DNA from: Octopus vulgaris
Lineage: Eukaryota
Direction of reading: 5' to 3'
NCBI GenBank assembly: GCA_951406725.2
Contig: OX597818.1
Coordinates: 117,366,001-117,430,000, forward strand
Length of the DNA stretch: 64,000 nucleotides
Position 1 is the first letter of the stretch, and each line of letters starts with the position of its first letter. The notes beneath the pieces were generated by a model, which saw only the letters and a list, made by a program, of their open reading frames with translations, made no database searches and had not been told where the DNA came from. This document shows, one piece after another, positions 25,319 through 40,151 of this stretch. A program made the position numbers and the translations under genes.

Positions 25319-27119
25319 TAAACAAATGGGTCTGTACAGTGACTTTCAAATTTGACCCCGTTATACATCTATGTGTAAAATTTTAACGATTCATTCCCAT
25401 CACGGACTAATACAATTAATAAAAACAGATGACTGACCTTTCATTAGTAGAGTTAGTTGTCAATAAGAAATCGGATTTGTTCTTCTCATTAAATAGCAGA
25501 AGTACCTCATCAGGTGCGCGATCTTCGTACGATTTCCCAAAAAGCGAGACTAGATATCGAAAACTATGGACTGAAGATGTTTCAAAAATGATTCTTCTAT
25601 TCATTTACGAGTATCAAAATCGCCACATATTCTACTGAAGGTTATTAGTTGATAAAATTGCCTGCAGTACTTATCTGGTACACATACTAACCAGAGAGGA
25701 CGCGTCAGTCTTAAAGTAAACCATACCCAGATCTGAAATTTCGGCGTATAAGACCGCAAATACACAGACATAGACACACATGTATACATATATATATATG
25801 TATATAAGTATGTATATATGCATGTACGTGCATATATACATACATATATACACATACATACATACGTACATACATACATACTTACACACATACATACATA
25901 AATATATATATATATATATTTATATATATGCATATATTATATTTCTGTAAGTATGTATATAATTACGTATGTGTTTGTTTATGTATTTATTCTTGGATCT
26001 TGCAGAATATGCTCCGGGACATTACACATTGGCTATTTATATCCATTGCATATATTATTATAATTTCAACTGAAAATGGTCTTCAGTTTTGGATCTTCGC
26101 TTTCATGTGTGTGTGTGTATGTGTGAATGATGACAATGTGCTTGCATCTTTGTGTGTGTGTGAGCGAGAGAGAGAGAGAGTGTGTGTGTGTGTGTGTATG
26201 TGTGTGGTTTGTGTGTGGGTGTCCATTCTTTCGTTCTCTAATTCATTATCACCACCAAATCAATGCGAAGTCCATGTGATTTTGTTTTTCACATGCAAAC
26301 ACTAAGGAAAACAAGCATCCTAACCAAAGAAAGAGAGAAAGGCAAAGGAATAGTAACAATGGTATTGCGTTTGTTCTCTTTACCCTTTCTCCTCCTCTCA
26401 CCCATCATCTCTTTCTTTCTTTCTCTCTCTCTCTCTCCCTGTCTTTGTTCTTCTTTTACCCTCGCGTGCTATATCCGTTCCTTTCCCTCTCTCCACGATG
26501 TAATTTTTTTTCACATACACTCTCTACTTTCGCTCTGTCCCACTCTTTCCCTCTGCTATATAGTATAGAAGCTGAATCGAAGTCTCAGACTTATGAGTCA
26601 TCGGAACCGGGAGATAAATAACGTAAAACTCGATGCTGCGATTGACCAGAATGCAGATTGTTAAAGATCTCTTTAACCTTTTATGGAAATTAACCGATAA
26701 AATGTATGCAACATTTTAATACTTAAATTATGCTGATTTTTAACTGAAACAGCTCATGCTATGCAATTTCTACTTCGGTGAGGCTGATAAAAAAACTTTT
26801 GGCAGGCCGGTTGTTATGCTGTTGTCAAAACTGTTTAGCCCTAGGTCACCCCCGATGGAGTAGGCAGCTCTAGTATCGAAGCCATATTTTTAGATCATCC
26901 ATAACTCTATCTTCGGATATGATAAATTTCATGCGACTAAAAAGTGTTATCGCGGTTTAATATATACAAAGACAGATTTGGAGAAATTGAGGTAAATTTG
27001 ACTGCTCTTTCCAGCAGTTCTAACAACCATGTCTATTCCCGGGATCGTTTTAGCGCATATATGTATGTATGCGTTGCGTGTGTGTCTATTTATGCATGTA
27101 TGTTCGTATGTATGTACGT

Positions 27120-27154
<35 letters not shown>

Positions 27155-27156
<2 letters not shown>

Positions 27157-27530
27157 CGCAGGAGTAGCTGTGTTGTAAGTAGTCTGCTTACCAACCGCAT
27201 GGTTCCGGGTTCAGTCCCACTGCGTGGCACCTTTGGGAAGTGTCTTGTAATATAGCCTTGGGCCGACTAAAGCCTTATGAGTGGATTTGGTAGACGGAAA
27301 CTGAAAAGAATCCCATTGCGTGTATCTGTATACATGTGTGTGTGTGTGTGTGTGTGTCTGTGTTTGTCCCCGCCCCATCGATTGACAACCTATGTTGGCC
27401 TGTTTACGTCCCCGTAACTTAGCGGTTCGGCATAAGTCACCGATGGAATAAGTACTAGGCATATGAAGAATACGTCCTGGTGTTGATTGATTTGTTCAAC
27501 TAAAAGACGGTGCTCCAGCATGATTGAAAC
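27155..27530 (+). mobile_element. SINE family A, near full length
   Basis: GGCGCAGGAGTAGCTGTG head directly after (TA)n; colinear with 57168-57584. Confidence 0.9.
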
Positions 27531-28096
27531 AAAAAAAAAAATGCATATATTGCTTTCAAACAATTTTTCCTAGGCACCAGTTCTAAGAACGACAGCTATA
27601 AGTTCCAGTCTACACAGATATGAGAAGAGCGCGTATGTGAAGACGCGACATAGACTCATCTCTTATAAGTACTCGGTTGATGATACACTGAAATTGCTCA
27701 GAGCCATTGTTTTATTTGTTGAATATAGCGTATGTTTCGGTTTTAAAGCTAAGAAAACCCGCCGTTGAAACACGTAAATTTTACATAGTCAGGAAGTTCG
27801 TGATAGTCTTCGCTGGCAAAATTAAATGTCTCATTGTTAACTTCCAGTATAAGCGATATCAATTTCTTGTTTTGCCAACTTTTGAAAAGAACTGAAATAT
27901 TAAACTCTCCACATCTCGTTGAACTTGATAACGCATGAGCTATTGTAACAACATATGATAGAGACTCAACAACAGTAACATTGGAACATTGCGACTACTA
28001 TATATGGTTTTCGAAGACGAATCATTTCATTGACTGTAGAATATCAATCAAGCAAAAAGTAAATTAAAAAAGATGCAAGTTATCAACAAAAGTTGA

Positions 28097-28500
28097 CCGA
28101 GTGGCTGTGTGGTAAGTAGATTGTTTACCAACCACATGGTTCCAGGTTGAGCTTCACTGCGTGCCACCTTGGGCAAGTGTTTTCTACTATAGCCTCGGGC
28201 CGACCAAAGCCTTGTGAGTGGATTTGGTAGACGGAAACTGAAAGAAACCTGTCGTATATATATATATCTATATATGTGTGTGTATATTTTTGAGTGTCTG
28301 TGTTTGTTTCCCCAACATCGCTTGACAACCGATGGTGGTGTGTTTACGCCCCTGTAACTTAGCGGTTTGGTAAAAGAGACCGATAGAATAAGTACTATGC
28401 TTGCAAAGAATAAGTCCCGGGGTCGATTTGCTCGACTATAGGCGGAGCTCCAGCATGGCCACCGTCAAATGACTGAAACAACTAAAAGAGAAAAAAGAGT
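28097..28500 (+). mobile_element. SINE family A, near full length
   Basis: Colinear with other A copies through GACTGAAACAACTAAAAGAG. Confidence 0.9.
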
Positions 28501-29247
28501 AGGAGATACGACAGTAGATTTTCATAATCGCCTATTTGAAATATAGTTTCTAACGCATTAATGAACATTCTCGCAGCACACACACACAAACACATACACA
28601 GACACACACATCCAATCCTTTCTATGATTGTCGCATGATTTATAGAATATCTTACATCCAGTGGACTATTCGAAAGCCACAGTAAACAGAATCACATGTG
28701 CCACAGGCTTTAATTAATGGTAGACATTGTAAGTTGTACGCTTATCAATAACTCATTCAGGAGTATCATCATCACCGAAGCCTTCCACCTACGGCAAACG
28801 TGGAATACACAAAGATATACAAATAATGATGGACAGTGCAAAATGGACTTTGTGATTAAGAGAAAGAAGAACAAAATGGTTATAATGCATTTTATTCACT
28901 TAGTAGAATCTTTATTATTCAGGTACAATGTCAATTTTCTTGGGAAGAATGAATAAAATACTGAAACTGACTCGGGCGTTATGCGTTCCTTTTATCTGTT
29001 CTAGAACGATGAAAGAGAAGCAGTGCCCTCAAGTTAGTAAACTTAGTAAATTCACCCGATCGGTGGGACTGTATGCATGACTGCATGACATTCATAACCT
29101 GTTGTAGATCACTAGCGAAATAAATGAAGAGAGATAACAGTAAGTAAGGAATTAAAGCAGATTCCTTGAATATATGTCGTACCTGGGCGAGCTTGGAGTT
29201 GATTAAAGCCTGAAACGAATGTTATGCATTTATCATATCTTTGATAT

Positions 29248-29635
29248 GGAATGGAAGCACTCCGTCGATTAAGACGACGAGGGTTCCGGTTGATCCGATC
29301 AACGGAACAGCCTGCTCGTGAAATTAACGTGTAAGTGGCTGAGCACTCCACAGACACGTGCACCCTTAACGTAGTTCTCGGGGATATTCAGCGTGACACA
29401 GAGAGTGACAAGGCCGGCCCTTTGAAATACAGGTACAACAGAAACAGGAAGTAAGAGTGAGAGAAAGTTGTGGTGAAAGAGTACAGCAGGGATCACCACC
29501 ATCCCCTGCCGGAGCCTCGTGGAGCTTTCGGTGTTTTCGCTCAATAAACACTCACAATGCCCAGTCTGGGAATCGAAACCGCGATCCTACGACCGCGAGT
29601 CCGCTGCCCTAACCACTGGGCCATTGCGCCTCCAC
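29248..29635 (-). mobile_element. SINE family B1, full length with TSD
   Basis: Intact tRNA-like head (A-box TGGCCCAGTGG, B-box GGTTTCGATTCC); TSD TCTTTGATAT at 29238-29247 and 29636-29645. Confidence 0.92.
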
Positions 29636-29864
29636 TCTTTGATATACTGAATATCGTTAGTTCATCCAGTATTATTAATATAAATAGGAGGATTGGTTCG
29701 AATCCATTTGGAAAATAGGTTAATTTGGGCTCCAGCAGAAAAAAAAAAGAGCAAATTATAAAATATAGAATATAGAACATAAATTAATTTCTACGTTATT
29801 TATATTATAGAGAAAAAAAATGAAATTCTTTTTCCAATTAAACTAAATAAATTTATTCGTATCT

Positions 29865-30085
29865 ATTCTAGGCACAAGGCCCGAAATTGCGAGAGAGGGG
29901 GTCAGTCGATTAGATCGACTCCAGTATGCAACTGGTACTTAGATTATCGACCCAGAAAGGATGAAAGACAAAGTCGACCTCGGCGGAATTTGAACTCAGA
30001 ACGTAGCAGCACGCGAAATACCTATTTCTTTACTACCCACAAGGGGCTAAACATTGAGAGGACAAACAAGGACAGACATACGGAT
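29865..30085 (-). mobile_element. SINE family C, partial dimer
   Basis: GAAAGGATGAAAGACAAAGTCGACCTCGGCGGAATTTGAACTCAGAACGT, plus both alternative tails. Confidence 0.85.
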
Positions 30086-30590
30086 TTCTAGCAAGATATT
30101 TGACTGCATAAAAGTTTTTCATTAATAATCGCATAAAGTACATGACCCTCTTAGACTATAAATGTCTGGTTTCTAAACCTGAATAATTTAACAATAGGTG
30201 GACGAGATATATCTTACCTTCTGTTATAAAAATCAAATTACAAAATAATGGATATACATTTAATTTTCCGATTAAATTTTCTACGAGTTTTAATAATAAC
30301 CAATGAACGAGGACACTGAACTCCCAATAGAATGAAGGTGTTATTCTAAATAACATAATTACACTCTGTCACTTCTCTTCAAGATGTAGATAAGAAATTA
30401 CAAAGGATGCAGTAGCAACAAATATATGTGTGGGTTTCAGTAAAGATTCTTCAAACTTCTTTAAACATTTCTTATTGTGAAGATGTTTATAATTAATCTA
30501 CAAGCTTATTTCAATTAGTATATCAAGAGAAATGAGTGTGTGAAAATGTGTATAGCTATGTATATATGTGTATATATGTATGTGCATATT

Positions 30591-30634
<44 letters not shown>

Positions 30635-30691
30635 ATTATATATATATATATGTATGTGTATATATGTTTATATATATATATGTATGTATAC

Positions 30692-30782
<91 letters not shown>

Positions 30783-31227
30783 TACACACACGTGTGGGTG
30801 TATTTATACCTGTGTATGTATAGTTTGATTTATGAATATCTTGAAGCTGATACAAACAAGTTAGTGTTGTTTACGAATGTTCGTGATACCCGATGTAAAC
30901 ATGTTATAATAAATTTAAATATACATTGATGTCTTAAAGTGCTTTGCCTTAGCTGAAATCCTACAACGGAGCAATATAAACGCAGCTTTTATTCAGACCC
31001 AAGTTTGCGTTCACCAATGAGACGTATATTCCTGACGCTCTAGACGAGACAATCGAGTCTCTTTGAAGGGTGACTACGAATATATCATTCAACGTGTGCG
31101 ATTTTACTACGATTTGAGGCAGATATCGATTTTGCATTTCTTTCAGGTCACATGGTCACGCAGCAGCTCCCACATTGGCTCGTGAACTATAGCTTTAATG
31201 TATTTCAGCTGCTGTATACACATTTTT

Positions 31228-31343
31228 TTTACTCTTTTAGTTGTTTCAGTCATTTGACTGCGGCCATGCTGGAGCACCGCATTTAGTCGAGCAAATCGAC
31301 CCCAGTACTTATACTATCGATTCTTTTGCCGAACCGCTACGTT
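31228..31343 (-). mobile_element. SINE family A 3' end
   Basis: TTGTTTCAGTCATTTGACTGCGGCCATGCTGGAGCACCGC. Confidence 0.85.
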
Positions 31344-31721
31344 TATAGAGCATAACATTTCTAACTTGGGATGCAATCCATGGCAAGCATTTCAGTAGTG
31401 AGACTCTGGGATGTTTTAAGCGACACATGATGGACATCGGACAATAATTGACCCTTACGATTATCAAAAATATTCTTGCATACTCCAAAGTTAAACTCCG
31501 TTAACAAGAATATTGTAGCCATTAATATTTCGACATACCGGCTTAAAATATCTTGGACATCCCTAGGTGAAGTCGCTTGAATTCACCCGTATATTTGACC
31601 AGTTCACATTTCACCATTCCAGGACAGATTCAGAACAAATTTGATTCTGATGTAATTTTAATTGAGAATATATTTAAATGTTTTTTTTCCCCTTTATTTT
31701 AAAGATACTTGTTTATATATT

Positions 31722-31932
31722 GGTTTCCAATTTTGGCACAAGGCCAGCAATTTCGGAGAGGGGATAAGTCGATTACATCGACTCCAGTACTCAACTAGTA
31801 CTTATTTCATCGACCTCGAAAGGATTAAAGGCAAAGTCAACCTTAGCAGAATTTGAAATCAGAATGTAAAGACGGATGAAACGCCGCTAAGCAATTTGTC
31901 CTGCCTGCTAACTATTCTTCCAACTTACCGAC
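31722..31932 (-). mobile_element. SINE family C monomer
   Basis: Reverse complement of the C head and central domain. Confidence 0.8.
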
Positions 31933-32939
31933 TTAGTGTTACTTTTAATATTGAATTATGATATCTACTATTTCTAAAAGTTGATGAAACCGTGTAGGGT
32001 TACCCTTTCGTTTGGCTGTTATATGTAACTCAGTCTTAAAACCCTGGAAGTACACGAAATCTCACCACAAAAATATAGCACTTATCTTTATACAATTACG
32101 AATAGAGCTTTTTTTTATGTGAGCGCAAAGAATGAGAATACAATTTGACGTTGAATATAACACTTGAATGAAATGCGGATATTTCCCGACGCGTCAAAGA
32201 TGGTAATATGATATTATATAAGGATTTCGATAAATATGACATTGATATACAACAAAACCATATTACTTATTAAAAAATGACATTAGAAGTAATAGTAAGA
32301 TTTCTGCAACTGTTCGTTATCTTTTGAACGACTTCGTCGAGTTGCATTTCTACTTAGATTAAATAACGTATCCTCAGATTTATAGAGCAATTTAGTACAC
32401 GGGTATAATATTATCACTCCTTATTTATTAACGCGAATATGGATTCAGTAATATTAAATAGATCCTTGTTTTTTGTTCTTGTATGGGATCGCTTTTCGTT
32501 TTGGGAAAGGGAAAAGAAGAAATAGAAGGTGAATATGTATGGATGAGTAAATGGTATGAATTTGTTTATCGCTATATTTTATCGGAAATAAAGGAAATGT
32601 TGAGAAAAGAGAGGAAGACTCGGCACAAGCTGCTTCCGCATAAAGAAAATCAGTCAACTAAATGTACTACTGAATCAGGTGGTAATGTTAAACTATGTGA
32701 CAGTCATTTTCACCATTGATGCAACGGGTCAGTTATAGAAACGGCTAATCCGGCACTCGTCTGCGTAGACCAAGAAGTGCGAAATGAAGTACCTCGCAAA
32801 GAGACCCAACCGTAGTTCTATTCTAGAAATTGAAACCATAAAATTAAGATTGATAGCCCAACGCCATAATTGTTAGCTGGGTATCTTCGCGTTATATAAA
32901 GATGGTTACAGATAGATAATAATGGTGTAATACTAGTGT

Positions 32940-33163
32940 GCCCCCAAAGGGCGGCGAGCCGGCAGAATCGTTAGCACGCCGGGCGAAATGCTGAGTGGTA
33001 TTTCGTCTATCTACGTTCAGAGTTCAAATTCCGCCGAGGTCGACTTTGCCTTTCATCCTTTCGGGGTCGATAAATTAAGTACCAGTTACTCACTGGGGTC
33101 GATCTAATCGACTGGCACCCCCCTCCTAAATTTTGGGCCTTGTGCCTAGAGTAGACAAAAAAC
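32940..33163 (+). mobile_element. SINE family C monomer with TSD (Nin/Deu-like central domain)
   Basis: GGCGGCGAGCCGGCAGAATCG head, B-box GAGTTCAAATTCC, GCCTTTCATCCTTTCGGGGTCGATAAATTAAGTACCAG resembling the Nin/Deu SINE domain; TSD AATACTAGTGT at 32929-32939 and 33164-33174. Confidence 0.9.
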
Positions 33164-33803
33164 AATACTAGTGTACTCCAAATCGTGTTCCGCTTTACTG
33201 AATGTCAGAAACTACAGGTGGGAGAAGACATGGGTTGCCCAGTATTATATTAAACCTATGCAAGTCGGCACATATTTCTAGTCGTTGTTCTTCAGTGATA
33301 CAATAATCCATTAACTTCAGAGAGATGACAGGCAAACTTGATATAAGTAGACGCAATCTCAGAACATAAATACAGGAACAATCATTGCAAAACATTTTTT
33401 TTCAATACTGCACTGATTCTTGCAATCTGATGTCTGCAATTTATTTTTGCAGGTACAATGGAGTTTAACTAACAACGAGATGAGAGTCATTAAGATGATT
33501 TTAAAATTTGAAACTTTTAAAGCTGATTTACAAAATGCAGTTAGCATTTCAAGAAGATATTATAATCTGAATATGTGCTAAGTTGGGAAGAAAAACAGGA
33601 CAGTGGAGACATACAAGGAAACCAAACAAAAACGAACATGGAGGGTTGTTAGATAAGAACGAGGGAAAACAGCGAACGCTGCAGAAATATTTTCTTTGGA
33701 AGGAGTAAAGATAGAAAAGAGATATAGGAGTAAAGATAGAAAAGAGATATAGGACAGTATTGAAGGAAAAGAAAGATGATCACACATGTATACATATATA
33801 TAT

Positions 33804-33857
<54 letters not shown>

Positions 33858-33872
33858 GTATATGTACATATA

Positions 33873-33903
<31 letters not shown>

Positions 33904-34001
33904 ATATATATAAATATATACGCACATATATATATATATATAAATATATACGCACATATATATATACATGCATATATACATACATATATATATACATAAA
34001 A

Positions 34002-34038
<37 letters not shown>

Positions 34039-34942
34039 CGTATGTATGTATGTATGTATGTATGTATGTACGTATGTATGTATGTATGTATATATATATA
34101 TATAATCCCAAGTATACTGTATCATATATCCATCGCGGCTGATTTTACCAATCGGTTTCACGCTAGGGATCCAACGGAGTGTTAGATAGCAATCCGATTA
34201 TATAACCTTACGCTCACTGGAGGTAGCCGACATGGAATGATACACACAGAAACATACACACACGCACACGCATATATATTTATATATAATTTACTCCCAT
34301 TCTCAAGTTGCAAAATAATATTAGATTCGTACATGAAACCAACAAAACAAGTTCTACTATCAGTTATTTTTTGAACATCTTTTTTGAACATCTATAATTG
34401 TCCAGATCTTATGCTATTCAATCCTTGGAACGGATAACTAAAGAATTTACAGATATATTCCAAAAATGTTAACAGATCAGAATTTAAGCCAAAACACACA
34501 ATATATAAACAACTTTAAAAAAAAAACAAAAAAGAAGCACAACTAGAAAATACAAAGTGTAAAATATGTAACAATAAAGAAAAACGGTTAGCAAAAGAAT
34601 CTAAAATAATAAAATCATAAGCGATATCTGCAGAAACAATAAGAAGGGAGAGAAAAATATTAAGTATAAAAAGAAAACTAGATGAAAAAAATATAACAAA
34701 GAAAAAATGAGGAAGCATAAGCTAATGGTATGAGGGTGGGTGTGGGGCCGGGAAATTATTTCGCCAGAAAACACAAGAAGAGTGTGAATTGGTTACTATA
34801 AACAAATTTAAGTATAAAAACAATAGTTGATACGTGTGTGTGTAGGGGTGGTTGTTTTGAGATATACATAGCCGATAGGGAGACTGGGAGTGGAGTTGGT
34901 TATATTTAAATATTTAGGAAGATGAGTGTGTGTGAGCGGACG

Positions 34943-34976
<34 letters not shown>

Positions 34977-35016
34977 CATACATATATATACTTATATATA
35001 TATATATATATACATG

Positions 35017-35098
<82 letters not shown>

Positions 35099-35137
35099 GA
35101 GAGAGAGAGATAGATAGATAGATAGATAGATAGATAT

Positions 35138-35173
<36 letters not shown>

Positions 35174-37051
35174 TTAGGTAGATGCAAAAACTAAATATAT
35201 TCAGAAGATAAACACATATGTGCAAGCATATAGATATTTACATATATTGACAAATAAATCTACATTTACATGGAGTATAAAAATATATACATATGTGTGT
35301 ATATGTTTACATCATATACGTAATAAATGTATATGTGTATGTGATCGCGCGCGTGTGTGTGTATTACATATGTTAGTGTGTGTATGTGTGTGTATACTCT
35401 GTATTTGGCCATGTGTTTGCGTCGTGGTCATACAATCTTTAGCTCACAAAATATACACGCGATTGCCCCAGAAGCTGATTATATCATAAACATTTTGATG
35501 TGTCGGCCAGTTTTTCTTTACGATTATTTATTTATTTTATCGAATTTCCTCTTTCGCTATTTCTCCCAACCAAATCTTCTCTACATATGAAAATAGAAAA
35601 ACAAAATGTCGTCGTTTGTACAACACAGTTTATTGTGTAACATTAACATCCCTATATTAATTTCTCATTAACATCCATTAAGAGATATAAATCTAGCAAA
35701 CACTGTGCAAATATCTATAAAGAACGTAGGAATTCCTAAGTTCTCTTTCAAATCGTGAAATTTCATTCGGGTAGGGTGCGGGGCAATTGCTTTTCAGGAT
35801 AGAGATTGCGGATGTCGACAGTTAGAATACAAAAAATAAACAAATAAATGCAGGAAAACATATAAAACGACTTTGTTATAGATTCTAACCTGAAAAAAGC
35901 GGGAGAAATATGTAATACTGCTCCCATTGATTGCATGCAAGGATAACAGGATAGAGATCATGTTGTTGTTCTTGTTGTTGCAATTGAAGTGGTTGTATTT
36001 GCTACTGGTGTTGCTCCTTAGTCTCAAACCAAAACTTATCGGGCACATGTATAGTTAAAGGCATTGCCATCGTAAACTTTCTCTTTTTATCCTCCCATGT
36101 GTGCAAGACTACATTACAAATTGTGTTTTTGCCTTTATTATTTCGTCTTTGTTTTCAAATGAATATGAAATGGTAAGATGTCGGTGTATAGGAGCCATTT
36201 GCGAATCTCCGAGGCAATGGTTGAAAACAGCTAAGTGCATTATTCTTTTATCTTTGAAACAAAGTACACAGCTGAAAATGCACATAATTCTTACGACTTC
36301 GCAGTAAAACAGATGACAATTGGCAACCGAAGTACAGAAACAATACTTTCGACGATTTTTTGCCATAGATTCCGTCATCCAAATTTTACTCAAGATATTT
36401 GGGTCAAACTAATGCTGTGCACAGCAGACGAACACTCGAAGGATATCTCAAAGAGAATGGACACAAAACCACACACCAAGGCCTTAAATCAGACATCTTG
36501 TTTTCCTTTAATAAACAGTTAAAATGATCCCAAGTAGGTATTCATATGTTTCTGTCTTTGTTTTTTTTTTTTTTTTACATGTTCCGAGTATTTTAAGTTG
36601 TTACAAGATAGTATGATATAGTGGTCACCTGCCTTTAAAGTAGAGAATGGTAAATATTTAAAATCCGATGTGTAATATCGCACTAAACTTCTTTGCATGC
36701 GGAAATTAAACTTAAACGACGTGAATAAACATCTGAAATGATATCAGAGTTCTGAACGTGTTAAATCATGGATCTTCTTGTGCTGATGTCAAACAGCAGA
36801 AGAGACGACAGCGACGTTAAGGTTAACAACAATAAATAGCGATTATTTAATCACAGAACGCTCCGTGAGGAGACCAGATACTATAGGGACAAACCTGAGA
36901 CCAATCACAATCACTGATAGATAATTTAACGTGGTACACAGGATATTGTAATCAAAACTGCTTGTTGTCAAAGTATATCATTAATTAATTATCTGTCTAT
37001 ATATACATAAATGAAAGGGAAAAAATGTATCGAAAGTGTAAAGATCTAGAG

Positions 37052-37551
37052 CAGTGATTCTCAACAGGGACCCACATAAACATTGATGGAGGTTTATAGA
37101 AGATTTTGTTGCTAAACTTTGTATTCAATAAATTTGTTATATTTCTACAATAGGCAACATATTTTAACACTTTCTTTTATACAATTTCCTATTAGTTGTG
37201 GCTGGGTGGGTCATACTGCCTTAATATCTAACACACTCACCGGTTCAATTTCCAAAAATTTTCGTTGCTTTTGCAACCTTGTCAATGGATGTTGAGAGTC
37301 AACAATAAATTGAACCGGTGGGTGTGTTAGGCAATGAGGCAGTGTGACCCTCCCTAGACACAACCAAAAATTGTTTCAACACACGAATTCACATAAAGAA
37401 TCTTGCAGACTTGATGCAAAAACGAACTAATAATATTTAATTATAAAAATACAATAACATTTTTTTAAATATTTCACATAGCTGTCAGGGACTAGCAGAG
37501 CAAAATGTGAATCAAGGGGATCCATAGGCAAAGAGTGGTTGAGAACCACGG
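37052..37551. mobile_element. hAT (Charlie-like) MITE
   Basis: TIRs CAGTGATTCTCAAC and GTTGAGAACCACGG; 8-bp TSD (A/G)TCTAGAG at 37044-37051 and 37552-37559, the NTCTAGAN target typical of Charlie elements. Confidence 0.88.
37192..37367. mobile_element. Palindromic MITE nested in the hAT MITE
   Basis: About 60-bp imperfect inverted arms (TTAGTTGTGGCTGGGTGGGTCATACTGCC...CACCGGTTCAATTT and AAATTGAACCGGTG...GACACAACCAA) around a spacer of about 55 bp. Confidence 0.75.
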
Positions 37552-37701
37552 GTCTAGAGAAAGAAAGAGAAATCAAGCTGTGTTGACTGAAAACCGGAAA
37601 GATTCTACCTGAGAATGGTCTAAAAAGAAAAAAAAGAAACTTGCAGACCGATACACGACACAAACACAATGACAGGTGGGAATAAACAACATATATATTG
37701 T

Positions 37702-38083
37702 GGCACTCCGTCGGTTACGACGACGAGGTTTCCATTTGATCCGATAAACGGAAGATCCTGCTCGTGAAATTAACGTGCAAGTGGCTCAGCACTCCACAGA
37801 CACGTAGACCTTTAACATAGTTCTCGGGGAGATTCAGCGTGAGACAGAGTGGGAAAAGACTGGCCCCTTTGAAATACAGGTACAACAGAAACAGGAAGAA
37901 AGTTTGAGAGAAAGTTGTGGGGAAGGAGTAGAGCAGGGTTCGACACCCACCCACCCTGCTGGAGCCTGGTGGAGCTTTAGGTGTCTTCACTCAATAAACA
38001 CTCACAACGCCCGGTCTGGGAATCGAAACCGCGATCCTACAACCGCTAGTCCGCTGCCCTTACCACTGGGCCATTGCACCTTC
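37702..38083 (-). mobile_element. SINE family B1, full length with TSD
   Basis: Colinear with 29248-29635; TSD ACA(T/A)ATATATTGT on both sides. Confidence 0.92.
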
Positions 38084-38263
38084 ACAAATATATTGTACAT
38101 ACAGTCCAAGACACAAAACTCTACAAGAGAGGTGTATTTACCTCCCGTAGTTCTGCGTTAGGTTATGCAGTGAAATAATTAAAGAAGAACAAGAATACTC
38201 AAATGTACAACAACAACAACAACAATAATAATAATATTAATAACAATAATAATAATAATAATC

Positions 38264-38321
<58 letters not shown>

Positions 38322-38374
38322 TAATGATCATCAACATCATCATCATGATTATGATAACAGTAATAATAATTTTT

Positions 38375-38545
38375 ACCCAAGGCTCAAAGTTTAAAGTTTG
38401 AGTGGGTGGGGTAATAAAGTGGATTTCATTGACCCCTAATCTTAACTGGTCCTTAATTCGTTGAACCCAGAAATATGTAAAGCAAGCGCAGAAAGTAAAC
38501 AGCGGTAAGAAATGACGCTAAACATTTTGAGCAACGCGCTAATGG
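38375..38545 (-). mobile_element. SINE family C, decayed, between (AAT)n and (AGT)n tracts
   Basis: AACTGGTCCTTAATTCGTTGAACCCAGAA and GACGCTAAACATTTTG...GCTAA resemble the C reverse complement. Confidence 0.5.
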
Positions 38546-38549
38546 TATT

Positions 38550-38619
<70 letters not shown>

Positions 38620-38947
38620 TGCTGTTGTCTCTGTAGAATGCAGCGGAGTAATGTGTAATCCTTACAAGATAACATGACGTAATTACGATAACAATTGTGA
38701 TGATAATGACAACAACAACAACAGCAACAACAAAAATAAACAAATAAAAATAAAAAATAATGGTAATAGGATGAAGAAGAAGAAGAAAAATCGAGGAGGA
38801 AAGAAAGATCAACAAAGAAAAAAGAATCAATATTAACATGAAAAGAAACAATATTAACGATAGTAGTAGATTTTAAAATTTAGGTTTACGATCAATTTCA
38901 TCACTGTTATTATTATTATTATTATTATTATCATTATTATTATTATG

Positions 38948-39003
<56 letters not shown>

Positions 39004-39767
39004 CATTATTATTATTATTATCATTATTATTATTATTGTTATTATCATTATTATTTCTCTTTGTGGCAAACAGCAAGTTAGTAAATGCGACAAATACGAA
39101 GAAATATCCTCACTGCGTTCCTTAAAGGCGTTTTACTCCATAGTAGAGCTCACGTTTCTGATTTCCATCTGAGTAAAAAATGTAGCTTGGATCAGAGCAA
39201 CAGAATGCATAGTGGAACCGAACATTGAGACATGTGCATAGTTAGAGATGAATATACGCTTGTATGTGATTCTGCCTACATATATATATTTATATATGTT
39301 ATACTATGGTGGAACGGAAGATACAGAAGGAGATGAATGAACAGCGTACAGTGGTGGCGCTCTTAATTGGTTTGCTGGTTGGCTGTTTCTTACAATGGCT
39401 GGCTGGCTGGTGGGTTGGATGGTTGAATGAATGGATGGAGAGATGCTTGAATGTTTAAATGTTTGGTCGGATGAAAAGATGGATGGATGGTGGGTGGTTG
39501 ATAACCAGTAGTCTAGCTGTGTGGCTAGCAGTAAAAAAATGTGTATAATTGCTTTGCTAAAGTAGTCAGGGTGGAAGGCTTCGTATAAGCGAGGCATTTG
39601 GACAGGCAGAGGAATGAGTGGATGAGATTTTTAGAATGCATTTTTGGTAAAAATAGTTCTGTAGGGTGTGGGTATCAATGGCAATGGATAACGAGATCGA
39701 GTAGAGTTTAAGGCTTGCTTATGTAGTTAAATTTAGAAAGCCCGGTCTCATTTAAACGGAAATATTG

Positions 39768-40151
39768 TTTATCTTTTACCATTCCTTTGTTTCAGCCATT
39801 GGACTGTAGCCATGCTGGGGTACCACCTTTTTAGTCGAATGTATCGACACTTGTACATATTTTTAAAGCATAGTTCTTATTTTATCCGTTCCTTTTGCTA
39901 AATCGCTAAGTTACGGGGATGTAAACACACCAGTACTGGTTGTCAAGCAGTGATGGGAGACAAACGCACATGACACACACACACACACACACACACACTG
40001 GCCCTCTTCCAGTTTTCCCCTACAAAATCTACACACAAGGTTTTGGTCATCCCGAGCCTATAATGCAAGACACTTGCCCAAGGTGTCACGTAGTTGGACT
40101 GAACTCAGAACTATGGGGTTCGGAGCAAGCTTACCATATAGCCACGCCTGC
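39768..40151 (-). mobile_element. SINE family A, full length, decayed
   Basis: Tail TGTTTCAGCCATTGGACTG through head AAGACACTTGCCCAAGGTGTCACG...GCCACGCCTGC. Confidence 0.85.
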
